From the NCBI GenBank assembly GCA_951406725.2, contig OX597835.1, positions 2,790,001-2,854,000 on the forward strand: a DNA stretch of 64,000 bases, in the 5' to 3' direction. The notes under the pieces are model-generated. The model searched no databases and was not told the origin of the DNA. It worked only from the letters and a program-made list of their open reading frames with translations. The translations under genes and the position numbers were made by a program. This stretch comes from Octopus vulgaris (lineage: Eukaryota). This document shows positions 56,036 to 64,000 of this stretch, piece by piece (position 1 is the first letter of the stretch; the number at the start of each line of letters is the position of its first letter).

Positions 56036-57180
56036 TATATATATGAGAAAGAGGGGGAGATAGAAAATGAAAGAGACGGGGGTAGGAGGACTGGAAACCT
56101 TTTAGATAAAAAAAAATAATTAATCTGAGAAGTGGTCCATAATATCCTGTAAACATAAAATTCTACAATCTTTGCGATTCTATTGTAATAGCAGCAGCTA
56201 AATTCATAGGCAGAACGCAATTAACAAGGCAGCATTAATTTAGCCGCGAACCGGAAGCATATTCTATATTAGCACCTCAATTACCGGAACATAAATATCT
56301 GGATAGTATGATTTCGCCCATTAGATCGAAGCATATACAATACAACCACCGCAAAAATGTACAAGCGTGTATGGAAACTTGCGCATGGATATGCGTATGT
56401 ATACGGTCTTTTTATATCAGTTTGTACGCATGTGTAAATGTCTACGCGTACACATCTATTCATGTAAGTCTGGAGGAAATTACTTTGTATACATACTGTA
56501 AATGTGGATTTTTGTATGTGTATACACATACGTACATATGTCTGTGTGTGTATGTATGTATGCGTAAATCTACATAAAGACAACAAAGTAAAACACGTAT
56601 ACATGCACATAAACACAAACACACACTCATCTTCACACACGCATGCAAACAAGCGCAAGCACACGCACACACATACACACTCACACAACCACATATTTAT
56701 ATATATATGTAAATATTTACACAGCCGCGCACGCACACATACACGCACACCAAAGACTCGTTCACACATGTTATACAGCACAGAACATCTATAGTCTATA
56801 TATGTATATATCTGCGTAAGCATCTTTACATCACTCTACGTATGTATGTACGATATATGAATGCATATACATACATATATACATATATGTATACATACTC
56901 TGACGTGTCTGTGTGCGTGTGTGTGGAGTGTTTGTGCGTCAAGAACCATGTTTACAGAAGTACATGTATGTTTGATATATCTGAAACAGTTGGAGAGCTT
57001 ACGCCTACAACATCAACGACGTATCTTTCTGTTCAGAAAACATTGTGGTCGCTAATAGTTATGACTATCTGTTAACCCTTGCCACTGACTTGAACAAACA
57101 TGAAAGGAAATAGCACTATAAAGCTATTATGCAGAAACTATTCTGGTACGTCACTATTAACAACCTAAATATCAATATTC

Positions 57181-57790
57181 TTTTCTACTCTAGGCACAAG
57201 GCACAAAATTTTGGAGAAGGGGGCAGTCGATTAGGTCGACCCCAGTACACAACTGGTACTTAATTTATCGACCCCGAAAGGATGAAAGGCAATGTCGACC
57301 TCAGTGGAATTTGAACTCAGAACGTAAAGATAGACGAAATACCGCGAAGTATTTCGCCCGGCGTGCTAACGTTTCTGCCAGCTTGCCGTCTTCTTTATCA
57401 TTATTTTCTACTCTACGCACAAGGATCAAAATTATTTTGAGTCGATTAGATCGATCCCAGTACACAAATGGTACTTAATTTATCGATCCCGAAAGGATGG
57501 AAGACAAAGTCGACCACGGCTGAATTTGAACGCAGAACGTAAAGACAGACGAAACCTAAATGTCAATCTTGTACCACTTAAGGCGACGAGTTGGCAGTAT
57601 CGGTAGAACGTTGGGTAAATTGCTTACCGGCATTTCTTCCGTCTTTACGTTTTGATTTCAAATTCCGCTCAGGTCAATTCAACCTTTTGTGCTTCTGACA
57701 TCGATAAAATAAGCACTAGAGGAGGTCTGTGATCGATGTAATCGATTTCACCCCGCGCTGAAATTGACGCCCTTGTGCTAAAGTTTGAAA
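57181..57790. mobile_element. Cluster of three SINE A copies (minus, minus, plus)
   Basis: 57181-57390 and 57405-57553 on minus; 57580-57790 degenerate on plus. Confidence 0.75.
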
Positions 57791-58100
57791 ACATTTCATC
57801 CCCTCAGATCCTCGCTATGGGCTGTATGAAAAATTATCCATCTAACTCCAAATATAATGTATTGTCTTGAGTTACCGCGTTAATTAGGAACAGCCAAGTG
57901 CCGTCTCTGTGATGGTAACTTTTTCAGCATCTTTTCAACACAACGTATACAAATTGTACATCTCTGAAGATTTGTCGGCTAAGCTTGATTATGTAATTCA
58001 CATTAGATTACTAATAGTCATTTTATGTTAATGAAAGTCACGTAAGATAGGGTAACTAAATATCTTTGAAACACTCCCTCGTGTTTGGTTTCATCATACG

Positions 58101-58140
<40 letters not shown>

Positions 58141-58672
58141 AACTCACATACACACACGCGCGCGTGCGCGCACAGTCATGCATATAACCAATTATAATTA
58201 TATAGTACAAGTGTGTGTATGTATATATATATATATATATGTGTGTGTATGTATATATATATATATACAGGGAGAGAGAGGGGAGAGGGAATGAGAGAGA
58301 GAGCAACTTTTCCATTCTGTCTTTCCTCGTTTCAAACTAATATGCCTGCTTGTTGTTCACTCCCCTATCTTCATCTTTTGTTGTTGTCTGTAAATTTGAA
58401 CTAGTTTTCGCACAACCATTTTGCTGAATCTGCCTGGCAGTTGGGATTTAGCTAAGCCATCCAGCGAAACTATACCAGTATGGTGATCTTGCTCGGTGTT
58501 GGGCAGTTACCTTCCCTGTCAGTTCATAGGCATGTGCTTCCTTGCTACTGTAAGGGACCTTAGCTCTTATTTCTAGCAATAAAGGTGCTACTCTGCACCA
58601 TCAGTCACGATTAGTAACAATTGGATTTTTTCGTTTTTGATTTTATAGTGCACATACCGCCTTGGTTATTAT

Positions 58673-58710
<38 letters not shown>

Positions 58711-58742
58711 GAATTTATATATAAACACATACATATATATAC

Positions 58743-58830
<88 letters not shown>

Positions 58831-58923
58831 ATAAGCATAACAAATGCGCAACCGGTAAAAGAACATTCACCTAATTAAATTACTTAAATTACTTCAATTA
58901 TTTGTCAGCATTTTCTTCATTTC

Positions 58924-58954
<31 letters not shown>

Positions 58955-59528
58955 TCAGTAAAAACAATCAAGTGAGTTCCAATGAATTCACATGAATGCG
59001 GTACTAACTTCGATGCACCAGAAATCTTTGTGGTATTAACCATAAAATAATGTGGGGTGATTATAAACAAGAAAAAAGCACCAAGAATGGATTTTTAGGT
59101 GTTTTCGCTCAATAAACACTCACTACTCCTGGTCTGGGAATCGAAACCGTGATCCTACGACCGCGAGTCCGCTGCCCTAACATTTAATTATAACAATAAG
59201 GGTTCAGCAACAAGTTGCTTGACCACATACCGAAAATTTTAGAAATAGCAGCCAAAAGACTACTATTTCCTTTTTCTACAAAAATATGTCTCCACAGACA
59301 ACAATATTTGTAATTCACACATGGCAAAAAAGAAGAAAAATTATGAAACCAAACAGTCTTCGATTAATTATGGACGCGTTTCTGGATTAGAATCATTAGA
59401 TTCATTTCCGTTATCAACATAATATTTCGATAATTATAAATCTGAAGATGCTAGGAAAACTTATCCCCTGTATTTCTGATCAAGCGTCATCAGAACATAC
59501 AAAAGCTAATCAGCATATCCACATTTAT

Positions 59529-59910
59529 GGAAGCACTCCGTCGGTTACGACGACGAGGGTTCCGGTTGATCCGATCAACGGAACAGCCTGCTCGTGAAAT
59601 TAACGTGTAAGTGGCTGAGCACTCCACAGACACGTGTACCCTTAACGTAGTTCTCGGGGATATTCAGCGTGACACAGAGAGTGACAAGGCCGGCCCTTTG
59701 AAATACAGGTACAACAGAAACAGGAAGTAAGAGTGAGAGAAAGTTGTGGTGAAAGAGTACAGCAGGGATCACCACCATCCCCTGCCGGAGCCTCGTGGAG
59801 CTTTAGGTGTTTTCGCTCAATAAACATTCACAACGCCCGGTCTGGGAATCGAAACCGCGATCCTATGACCGCGAGTCCGCTGCCCTAACCACTGGGCCAT
59901 TGCGCCTCCA
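59529..59910 (-). mobile_element. SINE family C, full length (tRNA-derived)
   Basis: Minus head ggaggcgcaatggcccagtggttagg...ggtttcgattccc; tail cgtcgtaaccgacggagtgcttcc. Confidence 0.9.
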
Positions 59911-60340
59911 CTATCCTATTTTATATAGACGAATGAATTCGTACTTCCCTCCAATCTTCCACCATGTGCGTCCCAAAATAGTACTGCAACTTTTTGCAAA
60001 ACCCTTATTGTTATAATTATATATAAAAAAAACACTTTTTGTATAAGTTTTTACCGAATATGGTCCTTTTCCATACCGAAAATCTACTAGGTGAAATTCG
60101 TTGATTTTATTAAATTAATAATCTTTCACACTATATCTGTAATGTTTGTTTCACGCCCCCGACGACAAAACTACGAATCTTTTTTCGGCAGTACTATTTT
60201 GTGACGCACATGGTGACCGGTTTAGTCATAAATATTCTTTTACCATTGTTTATTAAATGGAGTGTTGATAATTTTCGGTTTAATTGCGGATTTAGAATTC
60301 TTATAATGCATTCTCCTTTTACATTTTGTAGTTGTACACA

Positions 60341-60377
<37 letters not shown>

Positions 60378-60414
60378 CTATATATCTTTATACATATAAT
60401 ATATATGATACATA

Positions 60415-60490
<76 letters not shown>

Positions 60491-60499
60491 TCTTATTCT

Positions 60500-60826
60500 T
60501 TTATTTCTTGTTCCAATCATTTGACTGCGGCTATGGCCATGCTGGAGCACCGCCTTTAGTCGAAGAAATCGTCCCCAGGACTTTGTAAGCCTGATAATTA
60601 TTCTTTAATTCTTCTTGCCGAACTGCTAATTTACGGGGGCGTAAACACACCAACATCGGTTGTCAAGCAATGGTGGGTGGGCTTCTTCCAGTTTCCGTCT
60701 ACTAAATCCACTTACAAGGATTTGGTCAGCCCGAGGCCATAGTAGAAGACAGGTGCCACGAAGTGGGATTGAACCCGGAGCCATGCGGTTGGTAAGCTAT
60801 GCTGCTTACCACACAGTTACTACTGC
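60500..60826 (-). mobile_element. Degenerate SINE family B
   Basis: Family B motifs with internal deletion. Confidence 0.75.
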
Positions 60827-60828
60827 GC

Positions 60829-60873
<45 letters not shown>

Positions 60874-60885
60874 CATACATACACA

Positions 60886-60962
<77 letters not shown>

Positions 60963-62389
60963 GCGCAAGAAAATGGAGATATACGCACAACCGTACATAT
61001 ATACATATACAATATATAGAATCGTACATACATACATACACACACACATACATACATACGTACATACATACAGAAAGAAAGAAAGAAAGAAAGAGAGAAC
61101 AATGAGATAGATAAATAGACAGACAGACAGACTGACATGTCTATACATGGAAACATGCATACTTATAGATGTGCGAACGTGCTTGTAAATCCAAAGGGAA
61201 AAGGATAAGCTCACTTGAATCTTGAAGCGTTAATAGTCTGCAGTGATTTCTGAATGCCGAACACTGTTTTTGATGCATCACTCCCAGGGGGACATGCATC
61301 GTTTTACTGACTCATCGTCAGCATGAAATGCATTGGATCAGAAAATCCCATTTGAAAAATAAACAAAACAATCACTATGTCCCAACCTTCGCCAGATGAA
61401 GTCCATTCTGAGCCGAACATTTGTGTGTTTATGGACAAAAGACAGCAACTTAGGAATTCAAATTTCGATACTAAGCCACGAATTTCGGGGAGGTGGTGCG
61501 ACCTCAGTGCTTAACTGGTACTTACGTTATCGGCTCCGAAAGGATGAAAAGCAAGGTTGGCGGAATGAGAACTCATAACGTTAAGACGGATGAAATGCTG
61601 CGAAGCATTTTGTCCGGCGTACTAACGATTCTGTAGACTCGCCGCCTGAGGGGGTATAATATCGCCATTTCGATTGATAATATCGACGCGCTATAACAGT
61701 TTTTAGTTGATAGCTTTATGGGGCCATTTCATCATTTAATATCCCTTTATGTTCCTTAAGTTCAGTGACTAGAGGTAACAGGTACAAGTTAAGTGATTAG
61801 GCGTGACAAATAAATGTAGATAAATTCGTGCATTAAAGCAATACTGTGAACACAAATACTCTTGATAAAATCTTACTTTGAGTTAAAATAGCAAAGGATG
61901 CATTCGCAGAATTAAATATTTATGGTGTCAGCATGAAATTTCTATTCAGGCGAAGATGAAAGTCTCCAATACTTGTCATTTGTTTTCGTTGCTATATGCA
62001 TGTGAGATCCGGGTTACATACTGCAGACGGTTGCGGTGACCAGCAACCCAGAACCAATGTGGTCAGAATTCCAAGTCTAAAGTGTGGAATCAGATTTCAC
62101 AGACTCTCACTATGAAACTACTAAGCGCAGGTAGGAGAAAAATGGTCGGTTTACATAGACAGATAGAGAGACGAAGAGAGAAATTATGGGAAGAATAAGT
62201 AGAATGAAAAGAAGCGATGCAGCACTGGACTGATAATTTATTCCAAAGTTGATCAAGGCAACATTTGAACTCAGAACGCGATAACTAGGAAGTAAGCCTG
62301 CACTGTGGTGGTCCGATCTAGCGTCACCACAGGTCCATCCGCCTGACTGTTGTTGTTATAAAGCCTCGAAAATTGAGGGCATGCCGAAC

Positions 62390-62600
62390 CCCCTCATATT
62401 ATTCAGACGCGAATAACTTGCCGTCATTGCTTACTGCAAACAGGTGAAAAGGCTGGACACGTGTCACCGAGGTACACTTGGTGTCCAATGGCAAAATCTA
62501 TGTAAGCGATATTGATGTCCTCGAACTCAGCAGCTTAGTGACTCTTGTACTTCAGCGCCGACAGCGATGGACTGGATATGCGGTCAGGATGAAGTCCACT
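62390..62600 (+). mobile_element. Highly decayed RTE-like LINE fragment
   Basis: KRLDTCH..LGVQWQN..DVLE..QRRQRWTGYAVRM resembles the RTE C-terminus. Confidence 0.45.
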
Positions 62601-62767
62601 AGGAGTGAGGCATTCCTTAGCTTTTGTTAAAACATATCTCAAGGAGAATGTGACTATGATATACAAAATGAGACATGAAGGGAATGGCATAGAACATTTT
62701 GGAGATCTTTTACTTGCATCTGAAATCATGGCGACTCCACAATCCTGGGACTGTGAACCATATTTAA

Positions 62768-63180
62768 TTCTTTATTGCCCACAAGGGGATAAACATAGAG
62801 GGGACAAACAAGGACAGACAAAGGGACTAAGTCGATTACATCGAACCCAATGCGTAACTGGTACTTATTTAATCGACTCCGAAAGGATGAAAGGCAAAGT
62901 TAACCTCGGCGGAATTTGAACTCAGAACGCAGCAGCAGACGAAATACCTATTTCTTTACTACCCACATGGGACTAAACACAGAGGTGACAAACACGGACA
63001 AACAAACGGATTAAGTCGATTACATCAACCCCAGTGCGTAACTGGTACTTAATTTATCGACCCCGAAAGGATGAAAGGCAAAGTCGACCTCGGCGGAATT
63101 TGAACTCGGAACGTAACGGCAGACGAAATACCGCTCGGCATTTCGCTCGACGTGCTGACGATTCTGCCAGCTCGCCGCCT
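62768..63180 (-). mobile_element. Tandem dimer of SINE family A
   Basis: Two consecutive long-tail copies. Confidence 0.85.
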
Positions 63181-63479
63181 TAGACGAGACTGTGAACCAT
63201 ATTGGCACTGGATATATTGCTCTAGTTTGTCTCTAGATCCCGTGACAAGGGTGTATAGGGGTTTTAAGGATCTGTGGAAGATGAATTGAACCTAAAATGT
63301 TAGGTTGTGCAATCACCAGTGAGGCAATCACCGGTCGAGCATTGAAGCCGCAGACGTGAACCTGGGAATCTGGGTGAAACTGACTGATGGTGCAATAACC
63401 TCCTTCACGTGCATTTCTGGCATTTTGCAAGCGCAATAGTCAGTCACGACTAGACAACTACCCGATATATACATTACAA

Positions 63480-64000
63480 TTGGGTTGTCCGGAAAGTTCA
63501 TGTCGATATTTAAAGGAAAGAAAAAGGTCAATAAATACTTGCCATTGCATTTTTAATCAACCAAATATAAACCATTTTGTTGCACAATGTGTCTCCACTT
63601 TCCCTTAACTTGAAAATACCCTCTTCCCAGAATTGAGGTGGTTTCATGGTTAAGAATTCATCGAGGTATCTTTTACGTCATCCAAGGAATTGAAATGTTT
63701 ACCATTAAGACTATTCTGCAGAGACCTGAATAAGTGGAAATCCGAAGGAGCAATATCTGGTGAATATGGAGGGTGGGGTAACACATCCCAGCCGAGCTGC
63801 AGCATTTTTTGTCCGGTTCCCAAAGCATCAAGTGCCGAAAATGAACTTTCTTACCTTCCATTTTAAAGGGTTACAGAATTAACACTGGTTAAAGGAACAT
63901 AAACCTTCTTCCACAAAAAGATAACCTAAACTGTGCTCTAAATGGAGGTGTAGTCAAATCCTATTTTATGGACTCAACTATGTTCTAAAATAAGTCGAAA
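63480..64000 (-). mobile_element. Internally deleted mariner transposon
   Basis: Minus translation MEGKKVHFRHLMLWE joined to QLGWDVLPHPPYSPDIAPSDFHLFRSLQNSLNGK...FWEEGIFKL; TIR-like ttgggttgtccggaaagttc. Confidence 0.9.

Noticed and set aside
59455-59500. Minus-strand CTGATGA...GAAA
   Set aside because: No stem II, stem III or stem I pairing consistent with a hammerhead
59840-59910. tRNA-like sequences at SINE heads
   Set aside because: They are continuous with SINE bodies and lack a complete cloverleaf, so they are not tRNA genes

Overview
AT-rich eukaryotic DNA dominated by (TA)n, (CA)n, (TATC)n, (TACA)n and (AAT)n microsatellites and several tRNA-derived SINE families. The repeat landscape suggests an Octopus genome, most likely intronic or intergenic (inference). 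Almost all listed ORFs are translated microsatellites. Recognisable protein-coding remnants are decayed transposons: an R4/Dong-like RLE LINE, CR1 and RTE LINEs, a Penelope GIY-YIG end, two mariners and a Helitron helicase. One candidate host exon with a signal-peptide-like N-terminus lies on the minus strand at 8981-9165. The most notable unannotated signal is a set of about ten minimal type I hammerhead-ribozyme (HHR) folds. Several carry a recurring non-canonical CCGANGA (U4C) core in otherwise unrelated short elements, often embedded in (TA)n. They include a tandem pair 304 nt apart inside direct repeats (retrozyme or Penelope pseudo-LTR-like). A perfect 105-bp palindrome and an inverted duplication spanning about 1.4 kb are also present. 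All calls were made by eye and coordinates of degenerate repeats are approximate.
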